40,509 nt of DNA from a virus. Shown piece by piece: positions 1 through 7,605 of the stretch; positions within the stretch are counted from its first letter, which is position 1; every line of letters begins with the position of its first letter. A model generated the notes under the pieces. It worked only from the letters and a program-made list of their open reading frames with translations. It was not told the DNA's origin and made no database searches. The translations under genes and the position numbers were made by a program. The stretch covers positions 1-40,509 of the IMG/VR virus record IMGVR_UViG_3300010271_000004. One strand, 5' to 3'.

Positions 1-123
1 ACTATGCTTAATATATCTTGCATCCGTTTTATTAAATGTTGTAAAACCTGTAAAAGTTGAAGCACCTTCTATAATAAGCAAAACTAAAAATACACATAAA
101 AATATTACTGGTGTTGTCTTAGG
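1..123. repeat. Terminal direct repeat identical to 40387..40509 (circular-closure overlap)
   Basis: Base-by-base comparison of 1..123 with 40387..40509 shows identity. A minus-strand ORF reads in frame across the junction. Confidence 0.95.
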
Positions 124-198
124 CTTATTTTTAATAATGTTTCTAATTAAAAATATTAAAGAAATTATACCTCCTAAAGAAAACCATATCAAAGACAT
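1..198 (-). CDS. N-terminal 66 codons of the wrap-around membrane-protein gene (full gene is 198..124 joined to 40509..40048, 178 aa)
   Basis: ATG at 198..196 preceded by GGAGGG (211..206). Translation is MSLIWFSLGGIISLIFLIRNIIKNKPKTTPVIFLCVFLVLLIIEGAS..., two hydrophobic helices. It is in frame with ORF 40048..40467 once the 123-nt overlap is removed. Confidence 0.8.
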   Translation of the reverse strand, partial: MSLIWFSLGGIISLIFLIRNIIKNKPKTTPVIFLCVFLVLLIIEGASTFTGFTTFNKTDARYIKHS

Positions 199-229
199 AA
201 AATATCCCTCCAATTATATATTTAGGGAT

Positions 230-238
230 ATTATACCA
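230..238 (-). promoter_or_regulatory. Extended -10 promoter element TGgTATAAT for the membrane-protein moron
   Basis: The minus strand reads gtaTGgTATAATatccc immediately after the stop of the upstream ORF (242..244) and about 30 nt before the ATG at 198. No good -35 element was seen. Confidence 0.55.
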
Positions 239-241
239 TAC

Positions 242-466
242 TTAACCATGTTTTTGTATAAAATCCATTAAATCTTTATTGGATTTCTTTTTGTCATCTT
301 TCCAGCGGATCCTGTTCCAATTTATATGCCCTTTATCATCCGTTGCTTGTACTTCCAAATACAAAGCAACTTCATCAAAGCAATAAGCTAAATAATCATT
401 GTCAATATTCATTATCTCACTCGGCCTTTTGTTGTACCTCTTGGCCATTATTATCACTTGTGCCAT
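242..466 (-). CDS. Tail assembly chaperone, frameshift-extension (gpT-like) part
   Basis: It overlaps the 3' end of ORF 417..857 in the +1 frame. The ATG at 466 abuts GGAG with no spacer, so independent initiation looks poor. Its position between the major tail protein and the tape measure matches the conserved G/GT arrangement. Confidence 0.6.
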   Translation of the reverse strand: MAQVIIMAKRYNKRPSEIMNIDNDYLAYCFDEVALYLEVQATDDKGHINWNRIRWKDDKKKSNKDLMDFIQKHG

Positions 467-857
467 CTCCTTTGTCTGTACGAAAGGAGTCTAACTGCCC
501 TACCATTCCTATTGCCCAATTAAAGACTGCATTCATCTGAGCGTCAGTCATAATATCTTTAAATTCATTATAGGTAGGATTCACCATACATGCCATACAA
601 TATAATTCTATCATTTTGGCTGTCTTAGTTAAAAGTGCTTCTTGGCTTTCTTTATTATTAGAATTTGTTCTTTCCCCCATCACCATGGTACTCGCTATAT
701 TAAGCAAATGATTCGGTATTTTCCCTTGAGCTGCCATAGTTAATAATCTTGGCTTTTGTACTTTAATTTTAATCGTTCCTTTATTATCAAAGTCAGGTAT
801 ATCAATAGTTTTTACTGCCATTTCTCTTAATTGTTCAATATTTAAAATATCGCTCAT
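417..857 (-). CDS. Tail assembly chaperone (gpG / XkdN-like position)
   Basis: 146-aa acidic ORF directly downstream of the major tail protein and upstream of the tape measure. An overlapping out-of-frame ORF lies at its 3' end. Confidence 0.7.
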   Translation of the reverse strand: MSDILNIEQLREMAVKTIDIPDFDNKGTIKIKVQKPRLLTMAAQGKIPNHLLNIASTMVMGERTNSNNKESQEALLTKTAKMIELYCMACMVNPTYNEFKDIMTDAQMNAVFNWAIGMVGQLDSFRTDKGDGTSDNNGQEVQQKAE

Positions 858-896
858 AATCCATACCTCCTATACTAAAAATAAAGCTACCTGCAA

Positions 897-1445
897 TTAA
901 GCAGGCAGCTCATCTAATATTTCAAATTCTACAGGACTTTCACCTTGTTTTGGTCGGCTTTTTGCAGTAAGCTCCGGTGCAAAGAACTGTCCGTTCTGCA
1001 AAGAGTAATTTACCGGAGTACCTTTACAATGCTTATAACTGAATTTAACATAAGACTTAGTTTCACCATCAGCGTCTTTCTCTTCAGTATATATGTGCAT
1101 AGTAAAAGGTGTTCTTTGTACCGGTGAACCTACAACAGGAGCCGAATATTTTTGATTAGCCTCATCCCAAGTACCACCATCAATTAAAGCTAAAACTTCT
1201 GGCACCATTGTAACTGCTACAAGTCTAATATCATAACCTTTTACAATGTCCTCTGTTTTATTTTGAGCTTTTATGGTATTCTTAACCCTTAATTCCTGCT
1301 CTTCTCCTTCAGAAACAAAAGCAGTTACATCTGCTTCGCTTGCTACATCAGTAAGCCTGTACTGCTTTGGGATTTCTTCTTCTGTCTCAATCTCTACCCT
1401 TGCGATATTAGCCAATGGAAATTCCGTTACATTTTCAAATGCCAT
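897..1445 (-). CDS. Major tail (tube) protein
   Basis: 182-aa ORF after the head-tail joining genes and before the chaperone pair. No sheath gene is present, so the tail is siphovirus-type. Confidence 0.75.
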   Translation of the reverse strand: MAFENVTEFPLANIARVEIETEEEIPKQYRLTDVASEADVTAFVSEGEEQELRVKNTIKAQNKTEDIVKGYDIRLVAVTMVPEVLALIDGGTWDEANQKYSAPVVGSPVQRTPFTMHIYTEEKDADGETKSYVKFSYKHCKGTPVNYSLQNGQFFAPELTAKSRPKQGESPVEFEILDELPA

Positions 1446-1447
1446 TA

Positions 1448-1795
1448 TTATCCCTCCAATTTTTTAATAATTTGATACTCTATACTTGTTGTATAGGCTT
1501 TTTTCTCATCATCAGTAATCACAGGTGTTTCATTACCTGTTTTTCTAAGGAACGTGAGCTCCTTCATTGCTGACCGTATTTCTTTCATATAAGGTTCTAC
1601 TGCTACATAACTGTTAATTGGTACAAAGAGAATAATATCTACTAACCTATAACCCACTTTATTGGAATTAAAATACGGTACTTGTGTGTTTTCTTTTACT
1701 ACACAATGCCTTTCATTACATAATCCCTTATGTTGCCCTGGTGCATATGGATTAAGTCCTTTCTCTCTCAATTTATCAAATATTACTTTCCACAT
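1448..1795 (-). CDS. Tail completion / tail terminator-position protein
   Basis: 115-aa ORF tightly packed between the HK97 gp10-like gene and the major tail gene. The call rests on synteny only. Confidence 0.5.
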   Translation of the reverse strand: MWKVIFDKLREKGLNPYAPGQHKGLCNERHCVVKENTQVPYFNSNKVGYRLVDIILFVPINSYVAVEPYMKEIRSAMKELTFLRKTGNETPVITDDEKKAYTTSIEYQIIKKLEG

Positions 1796-2128
1796 TTACT
1801 TCACCAACTTTTGATAGCCTTTAATAATTGAAGGTGCGTTTTTGTCTATCGTAGGTTTTAAAATAGCGTATTTTTTCTCATGAGCCAACTCCAGGTATAC
1901 TGAATAATCCATATTTCCGCTTAGTGTTATTACAGCATTATCCCCTTGCCATCCAAAATCGCCACGAATAGAGTTTCTTGCATTACCTGTTCTATCAGTC
2001 CATGGCGCATCTCTTTTAGCTTCACCTTCCATTTTCTTTGCTGCAGTATCACCATATGCACCTATAGCAGCTCTAACTATTTTTCCTGCCCTCTGTGGAT
2101 TAAAATTATTCTTTATTCTTATACTCAT
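1796..2128 (-). CDS. HK97 gp10-family head-tail joining protein
   Basis: The sequence MSIRIKNNF...AKRDAPWTDRTGNARNSIRG...DYSVYLELAH matches the HK97 gp10 family pattern. The start is refined to ATG 2128, which overlaps the upstream stop (ATGA). The ORF track gives 2158. Confidence 0.75.
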   Translation of the reverse strand: MSIRIKNNFNPQRAGKIVRAAIGAYGDTAAKKMEGEAKRDAPWTDRTGNARNSIRGDFGWQGDNAVITLSGNMDYSVYLELAHEKKYAILKPTIDKNAPSIIKGYQKLVK

Positions 2129-2475
2129 TCTATCACTTCCAATTCTATCTGCTTGCAAATATCCATATATGAATTTATGTGTAGAACCTTATATGTTTTT
2201 CCCCCATGCTTAAATGTATCACCTTCTTGAATATCTGCATCAGCTTTTGCAAGTATCTTTGTAATTTGGACTCCTGTATAGGTAGTTCCATAATCAGTTA
2301 CTACTTCTCTTCGTGCTTTTCTCTCATAGAAAGTTACTACCTCAGTTACATCTATTTCCTCTATAATAGTTCCACCATAACCATCATCAGTTTCTTTTTT
2401 TCTTTTAATCGTTATGTTAGCAGGATTAGAGTTTATAAGCTTTTCAATATATTTTTTATAATATTTAGTATTCAT
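2125..2475 (-). CDS. Head-tail adaptor / head closure protein (SPP1 gp16-like)
   Basis: 116 aa with a C-terminal ...GDTFKHGGKTYKVLHIN pattern typical of phage head-tail adaptors. Synteny agrees. Confidence 0.7.
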   Translation of the reverse strand: MNTKYYKKYIEKLINSNPANITIKRKKETDDGYGGTIIEEIDVTEVVTFYERKARREVVTDYGTTYTGVQITKILAKADADIQEGDTFKHGGKTYKVLHINSYMDICKQIELEVIE

Positions 2476-2749
2476 CTGCTCTCACCGTAACCCCTGTCCT
2501 GTTGGACCTATATTTGCTTGCTAACATTAGAAAATGATTTCTAGGTGAAGGAATGGTTATATCTCCAAGCTTCATTTCTTCTATTCCTGCCTTTATTAAG
2601 CATAAATCTCTAGCAATGCTTTTTAAGGTAATATCTTCTTCTTTGTCTATTTGCTCAATTCTTGCTTGTAAATATTCATCGTCAAAGTATGGATAGTTTT
2701 CTTCATCTATCATTTGTTCCAATTTTTCTAATTTTTCTAAATCAGTCAT
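2465..2749 (-). CDS. Head-tail connector (gp6-like DNA packaging/connector protein)
   Basis: Acidic ~94-aa ORF after the capsid genes. The start is refined to ATG 2749 (RBS AGGTGA), just after the upstream stop at 2751..2753. Confidence 0.6.
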   Translation of the reverse strand: MTDLEKLEKLEQMIDEENYPYFDDEYLQARIEQIDKEEDITLKSIARDLCLIKAGIEEMKLGDITIPSPRNHFLMLASKYRSNRTGVTVRADEY

Positions 2750-2750
2750 A

Positions 2751-2987
2751 TTATTCACCTGCCAATGCAGCAATTAATTCATCCTTTTTCATCTTGTCAT
2801 AACCTTCGATACCCTTTTCTTTTGCTATTTGTCTTAATTCATCTGCTTTTAAACTGTTTAAATCTATATCTGCCTCAACTTCGTTTTCTTCTTTGTATGG
2901 TTTATATCCTAATTGTTTATAAACCACTTTATATGCCTTTTCTGTTGCGCTTATAATATCTCCATCTTTGATAAATTGTTTTAACAT
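2751..2987 (-). CDS. Small head-module protein with a C-terminal Rho-N/HeH (SAP-like) motif
   Basis: The C-terminus LKADELRQIAKEKGIEGYDKMKKDELIAALAGE matches the Rho termination factor N-terminal/HeH helix-extended-helix pattern. The start is refined to ATG 2987 with RBS AAGGAG. Confidence 0.6.
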   Translation of the reverse strand: MLKQFIKDGDIISATEKAYKVVYKQLGYKPYKEENEVEADIDLNSLKADELRQIAKEKGIEGYDKMKKDELIAALAGE

Positions 2988-3028
2988 TTCATCACTCCTT
3001 TCAAAAAACAAAGGATAGGAGATACCCC

Positions 3029-3943
3029 CTATCCTTCAACCTTAGGTACTAATGCAGCAAAGGCATCCTCTTTCAATGTCATAAATGCTATGTGCATGGT
3101 TGCCCTTAATGCAAACATATCTCTTTCAAATAAATTAATTGGATTTCCTTCTTCATCAACTATTGTAGTTAAAGTTGCATCTTCAGAAATAGCATATTCT
3201 ATTCCTTGTAATACTCCGTATCTAGCATAATCCCAATCTCCAGTTAATAGATGTGCTTTATCATAATCCCAGCTCTTGCCATCAGCAAATCCAATAGGTA
3301 AGCCTAAAGCCTGAGCTGTCGCTCCTTGCCTTGCATCATTAAAAATTGGTAGATTATTAGTATCTACTGCTCCTCTTAAATCCTTTCTAAATCTTCTAGT
3401 AGTAGTAAAACCATTTGGATCATTGTCACCATCTTCTACTAATGCTAGTAGATCATTTAAGTCAAGGTATAGATTTTCTCTAGTGCCATACTGTATAGTG
3501 TTTCCACTTGCTGTTATTCTCTCCCATACAGATGTTCCTACAGCGTATGGACTGTCATTCCCAAATAGTGCAGCTTGGTCAAATTTAGTGTAAAAAGCTT
3601 CTGCTATTGCTGATTTCATTTCATTAAAGAAGTTAGTAACTGTATATCTCAAAAATTCTTTAGATACTGGTATGATTACCCCTAGTTTTTTAGCTTCCAT
3701 CTCTGCTTGCAACCACGTAGCTTTACTAGTTTGAATTCTTTCGGTTTCACTTACCCAGTAAGCTCCTGGTCCTTCTGCTAAGTAAGTAAACACTTTCTTT
3801 GGCTTGTTCATTACTTCTGGTTTTGCTAATTGTGCAACAACTGAACCTGTTACAAATTCAGTTAAAATTAATTCTCCCTGTTCTTGCGGAATTTCTCCTG
3901 TTACCGCATCTTGTAACAATACATTATCTGGATCAAAAGCCAT
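3029..3943 (-). CDS. Major capsid protein (HK97 fold class)
   Basis: 304-aa ORF immediately after the scaffold gene. Size, position and composition are typical of a major capsid protein. Confidence 0.8.
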   Translation of the reverse strand: MAFDPDNVLLQDAVTGEIPQEQGELILTEFVTGSVVAQLAKPEVMNKPKKVFTYLAEGPGAYWVSETERIQTSKATWLQAEMEAKKLGVIIPVSKEFLRYTVTNFFNEMKSAIAEAFYTKFDQAALFGNDSPYAVGTSVWERITASGNTIQYGTRENLYLDLNDLLALVEDGDNDPNGFTTTRRFRKDLRGAVDTNNLPIFNDARQGATAQALGLPIGFADGKSWDYDKAHLLTGDWDYARYGVLQGIEYAISEDATLTTIVDEEGNPINLFERDMFALRATMHIAFMTLKEDAFAALVPKVEG

Positions 3944-3955
3944 TTTACATACCTC

Positions 3956-4546
3956 CTATAATTTTCTTATATTTGCTTTTTCTAATATGGATTGGAAGGT
4001 GCTACTGTTCCCTTCCGTACCTTTACCTTCTCTGCCCTTAGACGAGTTTCCTAGGCTTCCACCAGTTCCAGTTGGACCTGACTCACCAAATAGGTACTCG
4101 TCTGATTCTTTAAGTGCATTAATAGCAGTTTCTAAGTCTTTGTCAATATTCTTGCTGGTTTTTAACGCCTCAATATCAAGTAATGCTTTTGCAGCCTTCA
4201 CATTCTTTGCTCCGGCTTTATTAAGTGCATTCTCCAATGAATGTTCAAATTTTAAAGCTTCAATTTCTTCTTTAGCCTTTTTCTGCGCCTGTTCAAACTT
4301 AACTTTATACTCTTCAGCGGCCCTCTTAATTCCTTCAATATCCATAGTTTTATAAGATTCTATTTCTTTGTTGGCCGTCTCCAATTGCCCTTGCAAGGTT
4401 TCAATCTCTTTTTTCTTTGTTTCCAACTCCTTTTCCTTGACATCCAACTCTGTCTTAAATTTTTCAATGTCTTTACCATTCTCAGCCATTATTTTGTCTA
4501 TCTGTTCATCAGTAAGACCTAATTCTTTTAAAAATTCTCTTTTCAT
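3956..4546 (-). CDS. Scaffolding protein (GP20-like)
   Basis: MKREFLKELGLTDEQIDKIMAENGKDIEKFK... followed by a long charged coiled coil. This is a typical Firmicute phage scaffold N-terminus, and the RBS AGGAGG is strong. Confidence 0.8.
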   Translation of the reverse strand: MKREFLKELGLTDEQIDKIMAENGKDIEKFKTELDVKEKELETKKKEIETLQGQLETANKEIESYKTMDIEGIKRAAEEYKVKFEQAQKKAKEEIEALKFEHSLENALNKAGAKNVKAAKALLDIEALKTSKNIDKDLETAINALKESDEYLFGESGPTGTGGSLGNSSKGREGKGTEGNSSTFQSILEKANIRKL

Positions 4547-4559
4547 TCTGAATACCTCC

Positions 4560-4721
4560 TAATAATCTACGCTTTTTACGTGGTTGCTTCACGTGATTTG
4601 CCACTATATCGTCATGGCTTACGAAATTAAGCAGTTTAATGCCTTACTCAGGGCATAAAAATAAGACCTTAACCCTGGTCTTAAGGGAGATACTAGGATC
4701 ACCTCCTAAATTAAGCATAAT
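4560..4721 (-). promoter_or_regulatory. Structured untranslated leader upstream of the scaffold/capsid genes
   Basis: About 160 nt with no ORF. The minus strand shows four hairpins: GGAGGUG/UAUCUCC, AAGACC/GGUCUU, AUGCC/GGCAU and ACGUG/CACGU. It also carries the 12-mer AGGAGGTGATCC (4707..4696) with no start codon after it. Confidence 0.5.
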
Positions 4722-4750
4722 AAAAAGCACCTACTTTTTGTATAGGTGCT
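4722..4750 (-). terminator. Intrinsic terminator after the 62-aa ORF
   Basis: The minus strand reads AGCACCTA-tacaaaaag-TAGGTGCT followed by TTTTATTAT. Confidence 0.7.
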
Positions 4751-4754
4751 TTGA

Positions 4755-4943
4755 CTACTCTTCTTTAATTCCATACTTTTGAAGTATAGCACGTCTTTCT
4801 TCTTCTGTTGTATCAGGTTCACCTATTATATCTGTAACTCTAGCTCTAAATTTATCGTGATCAGACAAGTACTTATAAGCTATACTTCTTTGTTTACTAC
4901 TTAATTTTATAAACTCATCAAAAGGCAACTTCGTATTACTCAT
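4755..4943 (-). CDS. Small helical protein, candidate immunity partner of the MuF toxin-like tail
   Basis: The start is refined to ATG 4943 (MSNTKLPFDEF...), 6 nt after GGAGGA. The ATG overlaps the stop of the ART-like frame (GATGAGTAA). Confidence 0.55.
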   Translation of the reverse strand: MSNTKLPFDEFIKLSSKQRSIAYKYLSDHDKFRARVTDIIGEPDTTEEERRAILQKYGIKEE

Positions 4944-5178
4944 CGTATTCCTCCATAACAATATTGTATTTATCCTCATCTTTTTTAATTTCTAACACCT
5001 TGAATTTAGCACCTCTAGGATACAATACTTCTTGCTCTTCTGAATTATATTTCGAAATATCTTTCCCTTTTTTAGAGTTTATAATAAAAATTTGAACTTG
5101 TCCATAAGGATTATAAGTTTCTCCTTTTGTTGTAGATAGATACTCATTGAATATTATTATAGCTCCAACTTCATATCC
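4936..5178 (-). pseudogene. ADP-ribosyltransferase-like C-terminal domain segment in the -1 frame relative to the MuF gene (no start codon of its own)
   Basis: Conceptual translation is GYEVGAIIIFNEYLSTTKGETYNPYGQVQIFIINSKKGKDISKYNSEEQEVLYPRGAKFKVLEIKKDEDKYNIVMEEYDE. It contains an STS-type motif (LSTT) and an ExE/QxE motif (EEQEVLYPRG), as in R-S-E ADP-ribosyltransferases. The frame opens at 5178, just inside the 3' end of ORF 5157..6137. Confidence 0.6.
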
Positions 5179-6137
5179 TTATTATAACTGTCTCTGACCC
5201 CTTTGAAAGCGAAATATTCTCTGTATTTATCATACCAATCATCTAATGCCGGATTATCTTCACCATCAATCCAATCTCTCAATTCTGCAGCAACTTCATC
5301 CAAAGATTTAGATATATAAGGAACCATCGTACATAATCCATTTGGATGGTCTAACGGAACATCATTAATAGGAAATATTCTACCATCTCTATCCATACAT
5401 ATTTGACACGTCCTGCCGTGTATCATGGCCGACTGCCATTCAATCCCCTCGACAAACGGGTTCAAATTAGCGGATTTAATACTCGCAATTTGGTAAGAAT
5501 GATTTATAGCTGTTCTTGCTAATCTCTGGGCGTTATAATCAATTTTAGTATTCCTCATATTTGGGTAAACTTTACCCCAGCTCCAAGGTCTCCTTGCTGG
5601 ATCTTCAACAAATTTTTCTAAATCTCTAGCCAACTCCAATGCAGATTTCTTTTCCAAGATACCTCTACTGACCACATATTGAATATCACCTTTAAACTTA
5701 TTAGTTGCATCCCATATTCTCCTGCTTAAGGTTTTATTATCATAGTATATGCTACCTGAAATAATATCCTCTATAACACCTTTTTGCACTTGTGAGAACA
5801 TAGTTACAAAATGGTCTCCAGGATCTATTCCTGCAACATCAAATATTTGACTCATGATTAACTGTTCTGCTTCTGTGCCTAATTTAGCAGCTTTATTTAT
5901 AGATACTTTAACACTTGCATTGATTTTTTTGGCTAGTTCATTTTTCGCTTTAGTAAGTTCTTTTTGATAATCTAACACCCATCTTTTTGTAAGACTCTTA
6001 TCTTTTGCACTAGCAGCTTTACTTGCTAAATTACTAATTGCATATTCATAAAGATTTAAAATTTCCTTTTGCTGCTCCAATGTTAGCTTAGACACTTTCT
6101 TCCTAACCGCTAAAGCATATTTTACATATTCACTCAT
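5157..6137 (-). CDS. Head morphogenesis protein, SPP1 gp7 / Mu F family
   Basis: ...AQRLARTAINHSYQ...GRTCQICMDRDGRIF...LDHPNGLCTMVPY is the MuF/gp7 signature. The gene lies directly after the portal gene. Confidence 0.85.
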   Translation of the reverse strand: MSEYVKYALAVRKKVSKLTLEQQKEILNLYEYAISNLASKAASAKDKSLTKRWVLDYQKELTKAKNELAKKINASVKVSINKAAKLGTEAEQLIMSQIFDVAGIDPGDHFVTMFSQVQKGVIEDIISGSIYYDNKTLSRRIWDATNKFKGDIQYVVSRGILEKKSALELARDLEKFVEDPARRPWSWGKVYPNMRNTKIDYNAQRLARTAINHSYQIASIKSANLNPFVEGIEWQSAMIHGRTCQICMDRDGRIFPINDVPLDHPNGLCTMVPYISKSLDEVAAELRDWIDGEDNPALDDWYDKYREYFAFKGVRDSYNKDMKLEL

Positions 6138-6147
6138 AAAATATCAC

Positions 6148-7605
6148 CTACTCTTCAAGATTGTTCATTAAGTCTTGAGTGTAGGTGTCCTGTAATAACG
6201 CTTTTTCCTTCTGTATCTGCTCAAGTTCTGCATCTATATCCTCATATTCGCCCCATTTCCTCATATAAGACTGTCTACTTCTCACTTCTGCAGTAACTTC
6301 ATCCATATCAACACGTTTTTGCTCAAGCTCATCTTCAGGGATTGGATAGTATTTTTCTATGTTAAGAGTAGTCTCATATCTTGCTATCTCTCTTGCTCCG
6401 TACAGATTATATATATCCACCATCTTGAAAATGTAATCAATCATTTGTTCCAATGCAGGACCCCATTCTGCCCAATCCTCATCACATGCAGCCATCAATC
6501 CCCAGTAAAGAGCTTTCATAGATTTCCCTGACTGCATTAATCCTTTTAACTGTTCAAGTGATACGTTAGGCACATCTAGAGTATCATACATATCATTTTT
6601 TATTCTATTTACTGTATCTTCAAATTTATCTTTGTAGCTGAATTTACTTTCTAATCTCTCAACTTTAGCTTGTTTGTTAGCATTAGGATTAGATTGTTCA
6701 GTTTGCAGGTCTATCATTGCCCCTGGAGCAATTTTAATATTTTTAAGTGAATCCTCTGAGGCATCTGTGAATACATCTTGCCCAAACATCTGGAACTTAA
6801 GAGCATCTATATCATCAGAAGTTAATCTATTATAAGCATCTTGATTGGACCATAATCTTTTTACATCACTTATTCCTTCTGTTTCTCCTGTAAGACCACC
6901 ATTCTGTATTATTATGACTGGTATAAAATCTAGTCCTGTGTTATAGTCTTGATATTCTATGCTGACAATATTACCTCTGCCATCATGAGTGGATTCATTT
7001 AAAATACATCTGTCATTGACTAATTCCCATACCTGTTTTTTTATTCTTTGCTTTATCGGATCTTCTGCATTGTTCATGGCATATAAAAAGACCACTTTTT
7101 CAAGTTGGTCTACGTCATCAAGATTAAATTGCGGGAAAAACTCTATTGCAGGACTAAATATTATCCTTAATCCCACATCTTTATGCCCCCATAATTTTAT
7201 AGCAATCTTTCCGCCTATGCTGCAGTCTTTTCGTGCTTTAAGTAATTTGCTATGAAATTTGTTTTCTTTTAGGATTCTATATAATAAATCCTCTTTTGCC
7301 TGTGCTTGGTCTTGATAAGTAGTAGAGCCTTCAGCATCTTTGTTTATAGGCCTTATATCAAAATAAGGTTCTCTTCCAAACATAAAACGTGCACGTGTAT
7401 CAATTAACTTTTTGATTATATTTGTAATTTTCTTAGTAGGTTCATAGTCTAAATCCTTATTCGTTGGCCATTCTTGTTGTCCATCATAAATGGAATAACA
7501 TTTGATAATCTCACTTACCCTTGCTAATTGGTCACCATAGACTCCTTCTAATTCTGATTTCAGTAACTCATTGTAATTAACCAACTTATCTTGCCCCCTT
7601 TCCAC
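6148..7605 (-). CDS. Portal protein (SPP1 gp6-like)
   Basis: 485 aa, between terL and the MuF gene. Size and synteny fit. Confidence 0.85.
   Translation of the reverse strand: MERGQDKLVNYNELLKSELEGVYGDQLARVSEIIKCYSIYDGQQEWPTNKDLDYEPTKKITNIIKKLIDTRARFMFGREPYFDIRPINKDAEGSTTYQDQAQAKEDLLYRILKENKFHSKLLKARKDCSIGGKIAIKLWGHKDVGLRIIFSPAIEFFPQFNLDDVDQLEKVVFLYAMNNAEDPIKQRIKKQVWELVNDRCILNESTHDGRGNIVSIEYQDYNTGLDFIPVIIIQNGGLTGETEGISDVKRLWSNQDAYNRLTSDDIDALKFQMFGQDVFTDASEDSLKNIKIAPGAMIDLQTEQSNPNANKQAKVERLESKFSYKDKFEDTVNRIKNDMYDTLDVPNVSLEQLKGLMQSGKSMKALYWGLMAACDEDWAEWGPALEQMIDYIFKMVDIYNLYGAREIARYETTLNIEKYYPIPEDELEQKRVDMDEVTAEVRSRQSYMRKWGEYEDIDAELEQIQKEKALLQDTYTQDLMNNLEE

Noticed and set aside
3804-4355. 183-aa plus-strand ORF (with the similar 3799..4041) antisense to the capsid and scaffold genes
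   Set aside because: It lies entirely inside strongly supported minus-strand genes. It has no RBS, and its Ser/Leu/Phe-rich low-complexity translation is typical of the antisense frame of AT-rich coding DNA.
4696-4707. rRNA gene fragment (GGATCACCTCCT equals the 16S 3' end on the plus strand)
   Set aside because: The identity is only 12 nt and the flanking sequence has no rRNA-like context. It is interpreted instead as an SD-like element on the minus-strand transcript.
5157-5181. Programmed -1 ribosomal frameshift joining MuF to the ART-like frame
   Set aside because: The 19-nt window in which both frames are open (AAGGATATGAAGTTGGAGCTATAA region) has no X_XXY_YYZ slippery heptamer and no obvious downstream stimulatory structure. 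An indel or a sequencing error is more likely. It is kept as an open alternative in the finding.
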